Notes: generated by a model from the sequence alone, not told the origin. Positions 26,135 through 40,182 are shown, numbered from the whole stretch's first letter. The stretch: DNA of 61,733 nucleotides, filler included, from Choristocarpus tenellus KU-1152 (GCA_964200185.2; 14 parts of 14 records of this genome joined end to end with filler, not necessarily neighbours in it), one strand, 5' to 3'. Program-made: numbers and translations.

Positions 26135-27507
26135 CTACTCCCATGCCTTAAGTATGTGCCGCGTTGTCCATAACTGTTGAAGATGTTGATGAAATTCATT
26201 TCTGAAAGAAGATTTGGAATCCTTGACGAATTTCTGGTTAGGCTCAGCTCTTTTTATTATTATTACTCCCCATCTATAACAATTTTATCAGCCACAGAAA
26301 AAAACTCCATGTCTGCCTTTGGCGTGTTTTCAAGCTCATCATACAACTGCCTCTTCCTTACCCCTGTGTGCTCCACACTGAAGTCATTCCCCCTTTTGTA
26401 TCTAAGTACTTGATTGTACACCACAAGAAAGAGCTGCCAAGACCTCTCAAGTGTGGTTTCATCATGCTCCTCATACTGTTTCTTAATGACCTTCATCATC
26501 TCCTCAACGGACCCAAACCGCTCCCCCATCACCCAACATTTCAAAGACCTGAAGAAGCACAGGTCCATGATATTGAAGTCGGGGGAGTTAGATGGCTGCG
26601 TCACAAGCATAATCAACCACCCCTCAGTCTTCCGAGCCAAAGTATCTTAGCGGGTAGAGCCGTGTCCATTTGGAGGCCAAAATCCAATGTTGCAATTTTG
26701 ATGATATTTTGGTTCTTGTGTTGTTAGGAAGTGTCAGTATCCATGTTCTGGACATATATTTTCACAACAAATACATTTTACCTACTCCAAAACATTTTGG
26801 AGTAGGAAAATGTCTGTAAAAAAAACATGGGAATCCAAGCCCCAAATGGACAAACAGGGGAAAACTCGTACCCTCTAAGATACTTTCACTCTTCCCTGCC
26901 CCCGACAAGATTTCTGAGTTGCCCTTGCCCGTGTGGGGGATGGCACCATCTTGCTGAACAACAACATGCTTCCCCTGCAACCAAGGCATCCTGGTCTTGA
27001 TTGCAGGCAGTAACTACTCCGTGTGCTACTTCTTGCACCACAAATGGTCTAAAGTACATTCCTGCTCATACGCATCCCCCTTTTTTATGGTTGTTACTTG
27101 TCCTATCTTCCGTTTTGGGCGCATACACACGCCAAACACCAACCTTTCCATCAAAGCTGTGAGCCGAATCTGGACGGGTGTTGCCTGCGATGATCATGGT
27201 TTTGGGGATATGACTCTTATGCTGCACAGTGGAGGACCCTGGAAGGTCGCTATCATCCTCATGGGGAAATACCCTAACCCTTTCCCGATCAGCCATCATG
27301 TAAAACCAGGTTTCATCCATATGGATCGTGTTCGCCATGGAGGCGTACACACCACGTTTCCAGTCCACTTGATCGCAAACAAGGTCCATTCTCCATACCT
27401 TTTGCCACGATTTAAGCTTGGGTTCGATCCAGCGGTGATTCGGCTCGGCCCCCATATCATCCAACCACCTGTTTATGGTACTTGTGCTATAATTCAGGCC
27501 CTTGGCG
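26135..27507 (-). mobile_element. Mariner-like transposon (DD39D-related, DD40D spacing), pseudogenised, interrupted by MITE A
   Basis: IHMDETWFY...VQHKSHIPKTM...FDGKVGVW...VVQQDGAIPH...QPSNSPDFNIMDLCFF; in-frame stops; TA|CTACTCCCATGCC terminus. Confidence 0.9.
26634..26891. mobile_element. MITE family A inside mariner transposase
   Basis: 258 bp; perfect TSD TTCC; removal restores the transposase reading frame (GAGK-TEGW). Confidence 0.92.
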
Positions 27508-27700
27508 NNNNNNNNNNNNNNNNNNNNNNNNNNNNNNNNNNNNNNNNNNNNTTAATTAATTAANNNNNNNNNNNNNNNNNNNNNNNNNNNNNNNNNNNNN
27601 NNNNNNNACCTCCCACCCCCTGTCTACATGCGCCCAAATGAAAAAGGGAGCCCCCCCCCCCCCCCCCCCCCCCCTTTAAAAAAAAAGGAATATTCCTCAC

Positions 27701-27814
27701 CTAAGACCCAGACGACGGAGGTCAGCATGCCTTTCCTCCACCCTGATTCCCATGATCAGAAGGGAGAGTCGTATAGGCAAACTCACAAGAAGGCCTCGTA
27801 GAGGTGCGGCTAGT
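27701..27814 (-). CDS. Putative coding exon, probably of the Loa1-like acyltransferase gene
   Basis: tttgtttgcag|...|gtgagg; phase 2-2 reading LAAPLRGLLVSLPIRLSLLIMGIRVEERHADLRRLGL; link to upstream exon not resolved. Confidence 0.5.
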
Positions 27815-29374
27815 CTGCAAACAAAAATCTGTTCTCAACACCAGTTTCAAAGAGTTACATATGTTGGGGAGGGGGTGGAGAAGTATTCTGATCGCGCCAT
27901 TGATACTCCAGAGTGCTCTAGATCGTTCTAGTTTAGTAGTATGTAGTAGGCGTTATTAGGCGTTATTACTTCGTTTTCTGTATCGAAAAGGACAGTTTTG
28001 AGTTGAGATGCATATAACAAACCGCATAGTACAAAGTATGTCATTTTCTTAATCTGAGCATTTCTATTGGAAGATCAGATCGTATGGGTTGTATGAAGTG
28101 AATCTTCAAACCGACCACAAAGAGGTCTCCATATTCATTGCATTACAGGACAGTTCGATACAGTGTGAGAATGTGCAGCCAGTGAAAAAAAAAAAAAAAC
28201 TATTGAAATCATCACTCGTGCGCATCAAGTGTGCCACAAAATAAACACCCATAGGAAACAACTACCAAACTTGGATGCGATACTATATTTTATCACATCA
28301 ACCAAAAAAACTATATTGCACTACCATTTTCAATATAACGATACAGGCATGTTAACTTGCACCACCACCAGGATTCACCACCGGACAATTCTACACCTTG
28401 CATCCTTCATGGAAAAAATTGCATAGAGCCACGAGTACCTTCAAAAATATAAATTAAAAAAAATTGCAGCATTGAAGGCGTCGCCATAGCCACATCCTAC
28501 CAATGAGATCTCCTTGATAAAATTGTTAATTACAAACGTGCACTTGCATAAGCTGAAAGGACACCCTCTTCCCCTTTGTGGTTGTTTGTAGCACTGACAT
28601 GTGGGTCAGACACACAACCACCTTGCTGTGACCAAAATATCCTCCATGTGGTCAATTGTCATATCTGCAACTCAAGTACCATTTCTGGCTTGTTGCATCC
28701 AGTCGAATAGAGGGATTGAAGAATACAGGGTTGCGGCTTTGCTCAGCTTCAAATAACGCCCCCTGTACTGGTGGTTCTTTCAGACGCCAATCCAGACAGG
28801 GCGCAGAACTTTACAGTGTCAAAATGTGCGTAAATCGCACTTCAAATGAGTTTTCTAACTCTTCCTCAATGTTGACGTCATGCCAGATATGATCTGGGGG
28901 TTGAAACCTCATCCCTAATGGTCTCAATTAAAGAGAGGGCAGTAGGAGTGAAAGGGTTTTGGAGAATTGATTGTAAGAAGCTTTGTGGCAACCCTGATCC
29001 TATCCCCCGACGGTGGAAGTAGTCTAAGTATTCAACGAAAGGCCTGATCGGGTTGATACTAGCCATTCCAGGACTCATAAAAGGATCTTGTGGCGGGCAA
29101 GGTCTTGACTTCAAGGGAAGTATTTTAGGTAGCTCATGGTACATAATTTGAAGTGGCCCTTCTACATTTCTCATTTTTTTCATCGGAGTAAATCAGAGTG
29201 CGATATGGAGATGCCCTATGTGCCGTATACTCACCAAATAGAGGATTGGCTTACAGCAAAATTTAAACTTGAAGGACGCTGAGAGCGTGCAAGCCATTCG
29301 CGTAAACATGGCGATATACTCACGAACAGAAGTAACTGAGGTCACTACAGACCACTAGACGTTAGATTTCTTAC

Positions 29375-30093
29375 CGTCGAAAGTCCCCACGCTGCGAGTA
29401 GTGCCCCTGCTACAGGCATGTCCATTACCAGCCCAAGAACGGCGCCCGCCACCATCAGAGGAAGGGGACCAGCAATCATACCCCCAAGAAGAGCAAGGAG
29501 AACTAGAACCAATGCCAGCGGTGCCCGAATGAGGGTGAGGGAAAATCCCAGCAGCAGGCGGGGCGCGCGGTAGAGGAGTCGCTTGGGAAGCTTGGGTGGG
29601 GTTGGTACGAAGGGGTTGATGCCAGTTGAGCGATCCGCCCACTTGGTGAATTTCTGCACAGGGGGGGGTAAGAAAACAGATTGATTGCGGAGTAGGCGAT
29701 CGTTTTTTCTCTGCAAGTGCAACTTGTCACGACTGCTTGAAGAAAAGGAGCAACTCAGACTTCTTGACTGTTGTAGATCGTTTGTATACTAACATGGGTT
29801 TGTTGTGTAGACAGAGGGAGAGAGGGGGGGGGAGAGAGAGCGAGAGATGGTCGAGGTAGAGAGCGTCCAATTTCATAAAGAAAAGGATAAGCAGAATTGG
29901 CCAAGCAAAATGGCACAGCCTAAGTGAAGAGAGGTTTCTGTGAGAGGGTTAATGGTGTACATATGAAGACCTTTCTGACTTTGAGTCAACATCCCACAGT
30001 TGGTAGAGTCTCGTCAGCAACACAATCTCTGCACGAAATTTTCAACGAACAAGCATGTTATACTTCGGGAGGTAGAACTACTCTCACCTCCAT
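29375..30093 (-). CDS. LOA1: Loa1/Vps66-like lysophospholipid acyltransferase, 5' exons (30093-30088, 29653-29375)
   Basis: Spliced N-terminus ME|KFTKWADRSTGINPFVP matches the Loa1/Vps66 family start MEKxxxWxDxxTGIxPF; followed by hydrophobic segments; donors gtgaga and gtaaga, acceptor tgcag. Confidence 0.75.
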
Positions 30094-30268
30094 GTTCGTG
30101 GGTCAAGGAAACTATGTACAACGTGTTTCTCTTTACTTGAGATAGTATTTACTTAATTGGGGTGCGTTGAAATGTAATGTTTGAAAAAATAACGCCTCTT
30201 TTGAAACTGCGTAACTCCAACATATCCGCAAAGCAATTGTTTGAGAGGTAGTGGTTCGTCGTTGCAAT

Positions 30269-33200
30269 ATGTGGGTGGGGACTCTATATCTATTCTTCCA
30301 TCTGTTCATCATCTTAGCATTGACCCCAGGATGCGAAGCATTCTCAAGGAGAAAACGGAGGGCTGGAGGGGAGTCATCTACGACGCTGACCCAAGATGCG
30401 GGGGGAGATGGACACGAGACATCCGTGTCGACATCAGAGATGGGAACCATGGACTCTCTGCATGGGAAAAATGAGGTGCACAAGGAACGAAGGGTACCAA
30501 ATCGTCGACGGAAGCCTGAAAAGGCTAAGAAAGAGCGTCAGAGGGCATAAATCCAACTAGCAGCATCAAAATGTCGACCTGTCCTCCTATCCACTTCAAT
30601 ATAATCGACAACCCAGTCTGAATTTCCCAACGTAGTGGTTACCCCTCCTAAGTACCCTCTCATCTCGGTCATATTGGATTGGGTCATATATTAGGAGGAA
30701 TATTATTGCTTCGAAGAACATTTCTGTATGTCAACACGAGAATTTGCAGATGTTGGGGTCTGGCAAAAGTGAATAGTACTGCAGAGAGACTATGTATTGA
30801 TTATCACCACAACATCTTTCATCGAGAACAGTTAGAATATCAATCGACCATCTTTAAAGTAAGATCTGGAATGGTATAATCACGTTGTTCTCAGCTTCGA
30901 CCCTATGTTGGCAAGGTTCTCAACCAATTGTGACTCTGCGCAGTTCACCTGCAATACAACATTATTGGAGTCTATCATACAAAGGCGACAAAGCAACTGC
31001 TACCCACAGATTCAACTCACAATCCTCCCACCCATCTTTCCTTCTAGGTCCCACATACTAAACTGCACTTTGCTTGTCAAGACCTGGAGGAAGCCGAAGA
31101 TGGGGGAAGAGCAGGGTTGGAGTATGACCTTGGGAAGTCTTACGGGCTCGAACGGAATACGGAGGTCCCTATTTCGGTCTTGCAGTCTATACAGCGTGGG
31201 GCTGAACAGGGAAACAAAGGTGATTTTATCTTTCTTTGGCTATAAAAAAAATCCTCAACGGCATAGTACCTAGGAAAAACAAATTTTATGCTCCAGAGTA
31301 TCTTTTTTTAATTAATGTAGGTTTCCTCGAGCAACACCCTGGCCAAGTCTCCTTCAGCATCCTATCTGAAATATTGCTCAAAACCTAACTGAGCGGATTT
31401 TGGTAAGTCTTCATTTCGTCCGAGAAGTAGTCTTGCAACTGGTTCAAGCACTGAGGCATTTCATAGACCGAGGAAGATGGTGATAGCCTTGTGACCCTTG
31501 GCCAAAGGAGGTAAGCACAGGTATTGGCACAGCATCTGCCACACCATGGTTGAGTCAGCTGGATGAGCTGGATGAGTATGAAAGAGTAACTGCTCAGATT
31601 TTTTCTAGACTTTGGGAGCACACCGCACGCTAACTGGTGTAAGTAGAATGCTACAGTGGAGCAAACGTTCAGACCACACCCTTTGACCTCGAACAAAAGG
31701 CCCGCTCATAAAAATTGATTTAGGTAGGGATCACCCAATCACTTAACAATACTGTGAAAGTTGTGCTGTGAAACGTTTCATACAGAAGGCAGTTTGTTCC
31801 ACCAAAGTTCAGGATTGGTCGTACTAACACCAAAACATTTATGTATCAGCGCAAAAAAAGGGGAAAAAAGTATCCTAGTTGAACAATATGCTGGACTGAA
31901 AGGAGGCAACGCATTCATCTTTTCTTTTCTTTCCAATCAAATTCCCAGCACACTCGACCTTGCATTACGATTTGTTCTTTTTTCTTGTCTTGGCAACAGT
32001 CAGTGGGAATTTGAAATGCTCCTTTCTCCTTGCGTGAGCCCGGCGCGGCATTGGGTTGATCTGCGTCATAGTTTTTTTTCTTGTCGAAGGAACCGCTTCA
32101 GAGCCGAAGTATCTTAGAGGGTAGAGCCGCGTCCATTTGAGGGTCAAAATCCAATGTTGCGATTTTGATGTAATTTTGACTATCGTGTTTGTTAAAATGT
32201 GTCAGTATTCATGTTCCGGGCAAACCTTATAATAAAATATACATTTTACCTACTCCTAAACATTTGGGAGCAGGAAAATGTCACTAAACACCCATGGGAA
32301 GCCAAACCCCAAATGGACAAACAGGGGAAAACTCGTACCCTCTAAGATACTTTCACTCTTCACCCATATCTTCCATCATCTCTTCTCGTAGGGATGTAGC
32401 TATGTATAATTAGTCTGACTCCTTGGGAAAAGCACTCGTTGTCCTTTCCTATCGACTGGGATGTATGAGAGGTGTGTGAGATATATGGTCAAGTTTACAA
32501 CATATCTTATCCTGTCTTGCATCAACACTATATTCAATACCCCCTTTGAATTTGTAGTTGCTGACAACGGACCCTTGTTGTGAATTACACTGATTGTTTT
32601 CACTTTGGACTTTGATGCTACTGAGTCATATGCTCAGTTGCAGAGTATAAGGGAGTCAGAGACACATAGTACAGAAGCGTATGACGTGGTTTATTACTGT
32701 GGGCTTGCGTTGGTGCAGCACTCACCGACTCTGAGATGGCAGAGAGCCAAAGTATCTTAGAGGGTAGAGCTGCGTCCATTTGGTGATCAAAATCCAATGT
32801 TGCGATTTTGATATAATTTTGGCTATCTGTTTGTTAGGAAGTGCCAATATCTATGTTTTGGACACACCTTTTCATGACGTATACATTTTATCTACTCCGA
32901 AACATTTTGGAGTAGGAAAATGTCATAAAAGAAGCAATGGGAAGCCAAGTCCCAAATTAACAAACCGGGAAAAACTAATACCCTCTAAGATACTTTCACT
33001 CAGAGATGAACCAAAGCAGGAAGCTACCTAACATCCTTTATACAGTGGTGGTACCCTTGCCTGACATCAACGATACTCTAAGGTTGATTTTCCAATAGCA
33101 CTTTTCTTTGAGGATGTTCGAAATGGGTGTCAAGACAAATGTCTGATTTTGTCCAATTTTTTTCTCAAGCCCACTTCATTTTTGGTGTGGTCGCACCCTT

Positions 33201-33353
33201 CAGAATCGTTGTACTTCTTGGGTCTCCTAAAGCTGTACGGCATGTCAGTTACTCAAGACGACAGGAAAGCAGTTGAACTAGTTCGCCAAGCAGCAGAAAT
33301 GAGACACCTAGAGGCGATGGGGGCTCTTGGAGTGATGATTTTACATGGTCGAG
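30269..33353 (+). CDS. Secreted/ER Sel1-like repeat protein (SEL1L/Hrd3-like), 5' exons (30269-~30475, 31048-31219, 33204-33353)
   Basis: Signal peptide MWVGTLYLFFHLFIILALTPGCEA; spliced IQRGAEQGNK|ESLYFLGLLKLYGMSVTQDDRKAVELVRQAAEMRHLEAMGALGVMILHGRG = Sel1 repeats; phases 0,1 compatible; exon-1 donor ambiguous (30475 or 30493). Confidence 0.78.
32101..32358. mobile_element. MITE family A (intronic)
   Basis: 258 bp; perfect TSD TTCA. Confidence 0.92.
32744..33001. mobile_element. MITE family A (intronic)
   Basis: GAGCCAAAGTATCTTAGAGGGTA...TACCCTCTAAGATACTTTCACTC; TSD ambiguous (CAGA/AGAG). Confidence 0.9.
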
Positions 33354-35219
33354 GTATGTATATCTATATTTGTCAATATCGCAGTGAGTGAGAGGAGGGT
33401 GGTGATAGGCGGCACGGGGAGGAGGGGTAGTAGGATACTGAGTCACATTAATAGCATCCTAGAGGGGGGTCAATTTGCACCCTTTTTGAGTGTGAAGTGC
33501 TCGTAATTTTATCTTCCTGAAACCCTCATTCCCACACCTGAGATACAGCTAACCCCCATGAGGACGCTGTGGCTGTAGAAGTTTAAATTGTTGTTCCTGC
33601 ATTCGACTGTGAAATTACCATCCAGAGTGCAAAGACTGCTTTACCAGAAGGCATTCACTTAGGGTCGTTATACTCAATGGCAGTCCTATTTATGATACTG
33701 TGGCTCACAGTTCATTACTCTGCACTCATACACCATATGTTGTACTACATTGATAATCAATATAGGGAGTCAGGGTGATGTTGGCGGAGACAGGCCGCCA
33801 CAATCAGTCAGTTGATGCAAGAGCTGCTGTGGAAAACCAGTAGCTGGCAGGACATTGTGATTGTATGTGATGAACAGTAGAGAGTGATGGACAACGTATC
33901 GTATTCTATCTTGTAACAGTTTTTTTCATTGGTCAACCTCATTGCCCTGTTGACCAGCAGATAAGACAAACATTTCAAAACCTCACCATGCTCCATGATG
34001 GGATCCCATTGACTGACCAGTGAAGGTAGTCCCACTATAACACCAGACAAAAAAGAATGAGTATCACATGCTGTATTTGGGATTCCTAAGTTTTCAGGAA
34101 GAGTTTCAAGTGAACAGCAGCGGTATTTCCTCCTAGGCAGGCATAGTACGTTGTACTTGGTTGAAACACCTGCCTATTTTTATTTACCAATCTCTTCTTG
34201 TCTACTGTATGAACCCAATCTGGTGATGTCAACATTGTTGTGCTTTTTCTGGAGACCCAGCAATGAGATCCATTGAGATGGAGGGATTGCTGAGTTTGTT
34301 GGATAGCAAACATATCCTATGGGCTAAATGAGTCATTCAAACACCAATAGGGTGCGCTGCTTGAGAGCAAATCCAACGGAGAGGTAGGCAGGCTTGCATT
34401 TTAAGGATCCCGAGAAAGGGCAGTAATATCCGTTTTAAACAATTGCATAAAGAGCCTTTGCTGAATTCTTGTGTCACATTTTGTGGGGAAAGGGGGAGTA
34501 TCGATTTTTTGTACACTATTGTCCACATACAACAATGAAAATAGATTGCATTACACAGGGTGAGAATGATAGCCTACCTCTTGATTGGTTTATCTCATCA
34601 ACAAAAAGAAATGTTTCTCTCCACCAAATAAATGTGCCCAAGATCACCACTTGGCCATCGGGATACATATGCCCTGTAACGATGCCCACCTCAGCATCAC
34701 TCCACATTGCGGCATGTAAATTGTTGTTCTGGTGAAGATGGTTGCTCTCACACCAGGTAAACCCTTTTTTACCAGCACTGGCACTAACGACTCAGAGACA
34801 AACTCAGAGTACATTTTGTTGTTTCTTTGGTATCATCTATTGAAAACAGAGACAATCAGAGAGGGGTGTGTTAGCATTAGGGTTAGGACAATAGCTCATT
34901 TTTTCTCTGGTTCACACACAAATTCGAGTAGACACAGGGTGCTGTGTCCACTCGAATTTCTTTTTCAGAGATGTAGCGTAAATCTCTCCTCCTACTATAG
35001 ACTAAACAACCTCTGTAAACAACCTCTGTGAATTCAGGAGGAAACAATGTGTGTGTATTAAAGAAGTCCCCCTGCAGCACATGTCTTCAACGTATGTGCT
35101 TTCTGTTCATTACTGAAAATTGATCCAGCGTTTTTTGTCAACTTTACTTCACTATGCATTGCCGAGCATCAATTCTTGACTCTTAATATCAGCTAAGACT
35201 ATTGTTGCCAGGCTGCACT

Positions 35220-35473
35220 GAGTCAATAAATTTAGAATGGTAGGGTCATGTCTGTTCATGATCATAAATCCAATTTTGCGATTTCGATTTGGGGTGTTGT
35301 GTTTGTTAGCAAGTGTCAATACCCTTGCCCCGCACACATCTTTCATAGTAATGTACATTACAGGTAACTGTGTTCACACAGAAAACAGAAAAAGAGCATA
35401 AAAAATCTCATGGGAAGTCAAGCACCGAACTGACAAACAGGGCAAACTCCTACCCTCTTAAATGCTTTGGGTA
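35220..35473. mobile_element. Old MITE family C copy
   Basis: Shares caggtaact(g/a)tgttcac(ac)agaaaac...aaatgctttgg with 61268-61554. Confidence 0.65.
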
Positions 35474-36935
35474 GGCTGCACTTCACTATGTATTGCCGAG
35501 GCTTGACCCTTGACTCTTGAACTCGGCTAGAAATTTTTGTTGGCAAGCTGCACTGGTACGGGGCAAACCCTTGCAGGTTCTCATCATGCAATACGATAAC
35601 ACAGTGACCTTGCAGAGGGCAAGAAATAACCTTTATACCAAATTCAATGGGAGTGAGAATGAAATTGGCACATGGTTCACTGGGGGAAAATTCTGGAGAG
35701 AGCCTGAGTTGAAATATCTTATGCACATCGCATTGTGTCTATCTTGTCATCCATTATAGACCCTCTCCAGGACTTTTGATCAGAGGTTTCGTTGCTGCGA
35801 ATGGAAGGCGTATAGTATGCATCAAGAGTACAGAGGTCCTTTACTTTAAAAAAAAAAGTGTACGACTTGTTCGTTTTGCAAACATCCAAACAAATCAAGG
35901 TAAAGTGAGTAGAGGAACTAGAACATATTGAAATTCGATTTGATTAGCCTTATGTGTACCTTCACACTACCTTGGCGAAATAACCTCAACCCTATTTGCT
36001 TCAAAATACATCAAGCACAAACTTGATAGTTTTGACCCAAAGTATCTGGGAGGGGGGGNNNNNNNNNNNNNNNNNNNNNNNNNNNNNNNNNNNNNNNNNN
36101 NNTTAATTAATTAANNNNNNNNNNNNNNNNNNNNNNNNNNNNNNNNNNNNNNNNNNNNGGTATAACGGTATATGGCATACGGCAATAACGGTATAATAAC
36201 AGGCAAACATGCTTTCCACGTTATGGAATGTCGTACCACTATTAAATAGTAGTATATATATATTGTGGTTATGAACAGGCTAGTTGGGGTGTTCCTTTTC
36301 CTCGGCAATAAAAAAGGAGATTAATAAGGGGAATTTTGCTCTCTTCACAGATGTATTGATATTTCTATTTATCTCTGCAACGGCGTTGAACTAGAACAAA
36401 TATATACATAAAAATGTATGTATGTATAACTCCCCATTCGCTATTTCTTCATTAGTGCGAGAGGGTCAAAACTTTGAGTTTGCATCTTTTTTTTTCATAT
36501 ATTTGCAGTTTGTTGAATTATATTATAGTGCGTAACAAAAAAACTTTCGCCAAACCGCATATGCGGCAAACCCCACACTCCCTCACTCTCTCGACAACAA
36601 ACCAACGGGCCTGGACAATATAGAGGAATCGTTGTCGCGGTTCTTCGAGAGGACCACACCCATCGCACCGCAGATGTACGATGACGACCCGTCAGCCACT
36701 AGAGGATCTCGCTAATAACGGGAATGAACTGGTGGACTCCGGAGGGGTAGACCCCAGGACACCCCAGAGGCAAGGCCAGGCCTCCGTTGCACCAATACAC
36801 ACTCCAATGTAGCCTCTGTGCGTTCTGCAATTCCCTGAAGGAGGGTTTAGCGCTTGAAGACTAGGCATAGCGAAGCATATCGTCACCATATCCTTCCGAA
36901 ATCACACATTTGCATCAAAATGAGAGAGACGTGGT

Positions 36936-37342
36936 GAGCGAAAGTATCTTAGAGGGGGTACGAGTTTTGCCCTGTTTGTCCATTTGGAGCTTGGCTTCCC
37001 TTGGGGTTCTTACGATATCTTCCTACTAATTATAGAGAATTTTATTAGAACTATTTTGTGGGGCAGATTCTTTTTTTTTAGAATAGGTTTAATTTACTCT
37101 GCTGCTCTTTTATTTTTTGAAACACGTCTCTGTATGTGTATACCTGGATGTATAGCTCTTAGACCTGTGGTGGTTCCAAAATATTTCGGAGTAGATGAAA
37201 TGTATACGTTATGAAAAGGTATGTCAGGAACATGAATATTGAAATTCCTAACAAATACGATAGCCAAAATTACATCGAAATCGCAACAATGGATTTTGAC
37301 TCCCAAATGGACGCAGCTCTACCCTCTAAGATACTTTGGCTC
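36936..37342. mobile_element. MITE family A carrying a ~150-bp internal insertion
   Basis: Both TIRs present; extra AT-rich segment ~37028-37172 interrupts the internal hairpin. Confidence 0.85.
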
Positions 37343-40182
37343 ATGATTCACCCAGACTTGAGCCGGGATCATAGTAGCACACCCGAGTTGGACCCTGGGC
37401 TGGCCCAGGTGAGGTATTTTTAAACTGGAACTGGCAGGGGTCTACATCACTCTCCATCCTCGTGGCGGAATTCCTACAGTAGCCCCATAAGTTATTGCAA
37501 GTGAGACACAGGAGTACTCAGCAGAATGCTTGCTCAACAAGATTGTTACAACACTTTTGTTTGTTTTAGCGCATGGAAGTTCCTCTCTTTGGGTGGAATA
37601 TTGTAGACATTGTGATGTGAGGAGCAGGTGCCAAACACAAGAGTACATTGTCCCTACGAACGATGAGAAGAGAAAGAAAGACACTGGGAGCAATAAGTGC
37701 GAACCAAGTGGAAATCCCATCCTGCTAACGAACATAAGTAGCTAAGGGGACTGCCGACTTAGTGTGTGACTACAGGCCAATTGGGCCCGGGAAAGAATGC
37801 ACTGCCCCTTCAGCACGCCCACCTACCCGCCACTGCTCACTATAAACAATACCCAAGACGATATAATGTAGAAATAGAAGAGTTTCTTGCTAGTTTGTAT
37901 CTCTGGTTTTTAGTGATCCCATTACATAGAGATACGAGAAATCTACACACCGAACAAATCATGATTTAACTCATTTGTACTTCACAAAAACAGTAGACAC
38001 AAAAATGTACATATATTTGTATACCACGGTTGAAAGGGTGGTGAGGATTTACTAATCAGTTCTATCAAGGAATTTTGTACCACAATCATGTACTGAGTAC
38101 AACTCAGTGTTGAACTATATACACATCTGTATTGGTCGACGTAAAGTTAATAGTTTGCATGTATACACAAACATGATTTGTACACATCACTCACCATTTG
38201 ATCGACATGTATAAATTGTTTTGTCCCTTTGTACCAAGACAATATAATTTCGAGCAACTCCTGATTCTTCCCTACCTCATCTTCAACTAACTGTGCCTTG
38301 CTGTTTATTTATAGTTGTCGATCGTGTACAAATCTGACATCCTTTGTGATTTATTGCAGTTAACAATTTTGTGCAAATCTGAAGTTACTAGGTGTCAGGG
38401 TCACCCTTTATATTGGTGTGTTGGGTAGGAATGTATGTCAAAAGATTTGTCACTACTAATCATTTCATAAAAATATGTATATATATATATATATTTGTCA
38501 GTACGACTCATCTTCGGTGAAACGTGTACATGATCTTGTTGTACCACTCCCTCATCTACGAGATTTGTACACATTACTTATCCATACCACTCACCTAGCG
38601 AAACATGAAGAATATATATATTATTCTTGGGAATGAGAGGGTTGAGTTGAGTCCCTCCCCAACGACACGTGACCCAAAGTATCTGGGGGGGGGGGGGCGT
38701 GTATACGGGGGTGTCCATTTGGGTGAAAAAAAGGAAAAGTGCANNNNNNNNNNNNNNNNNNNNNNNNNNNNNNNNNNNNNNNNNNNNTTAATTAATTAAN
38801 NNNNNNNNNNNNNNNNNNNNNNNNNNNNNNNNNNNNNNNNNNNGTGCTTCGCAATACCATGATTCCTCATCGCTAGTAGTAGTCTACGCATTTTACATAC
38901 ATGTACGATGCATTCGATTCAGGTTTCAACATAAGCTACCCAAGGGAGATAGATTAATACAACATTCACCATGTGTGGTGTCCACAAAGAGTGGTGATGG
39001 GATTCGTCTTATATGCATGGTCATGAATGCTCTGGATATAGAGGGTGCACATTTCTTCTGTGAAACCCACCTCCTGCTTCCCTTTACTGGCATCGTGAAT
39101 ACCAGTGGTTAGCCAGTGCCTCTCCGGGTCTGGCATGACAGCTGGGTGGGGTGGGCATCTTGCAAACCGGGCAGGGAAGCCGATAGGGGGAGAGAAGACA
39201 AGTATTGTGTTTTGGGTTAGGTCCAGCTGGCAGGGATAGTGGAAGGCGGGTTCAGTCCTTCTGGAAGGTAGCGCACCTTGTCGCCCTTCCTCAAGAAGGT
39301 CTGGTGGTGTTGATTTCTTCTGCTACGTTCTGGTAGCACATTATGTGCGGGATATGACGAAATCAACGTCCTCACGAATCCATGTCATGTGAATACGCAT
39401 GCAATATTGTATAGTGCTTCTGGACCCGCTAGTTGGAGCGTTCCTTTTCGTTGGAATTCACACCGAAACTATTCGTCATGAATTTCGCTCTCAACGTCTA
39501 CGTGGGATCGGAAGTGGTATGCAGGGTAACATTCGGTACAAACCCGTCAAGTTTTCATATTTTTGATTTTCATTAATACGAGGTGGATACTAAACAAGTC
39601 ACATTCAGAACAAACCCGCCAAGAACACACTTCTTATTCGTATGTTGAAGTGGTGACTTTGATTACAAAAATTGTGGAAAACATGATGTCTGTTTTTTTT
39701 AGCAATAGAAGTTAGATGCGGAACACAATTGTGGATTTGAGAACCAGGAAACACTGCAACGAGTAATCTAGCATTACGTCAACCTGTATGCAAATGCATT
39801 GAAATGTACCCCAGAAACGAGAAGTAAACCTGCATGTTGAATGATGTCCCCCAGCCGAAACTGGCTTCACTCGATCATATATAACATGAAACGAACCGCC
39901 TCTTCAAGTACAATTTTTTTGTATACACACATACAAAATAATGAAAATACAAAAAAGAAACCGTCCATTAAACCCACACCAGCTCACCTCGTTTGCTCAT
40001 TCACTCACGCAAGGAGCAATCAAATATGTTGACTCCATGCCTTGCTGAACCCTCACCCCAAGACAGCGTTTACACCACCCTAACCCTATCCCTTATCCTA
40101 AGCATTAAACAGCAGACTAATTTTTGTGTATTTCTTGACAAAGAAACCCTGACCCATTTTATGAGGCCTTCCAGCAAACAAA

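Noticed and set aside
32101-33001. MITEs acting as introners
   Set aside because: Copies lie inside existing introns or other TEs; none interrupts a host exon with splice sites at its ends
33800-35150. Possible gypsy/DIRS RT remnant
   Set aside because: Motif resemblance too weak to support a call
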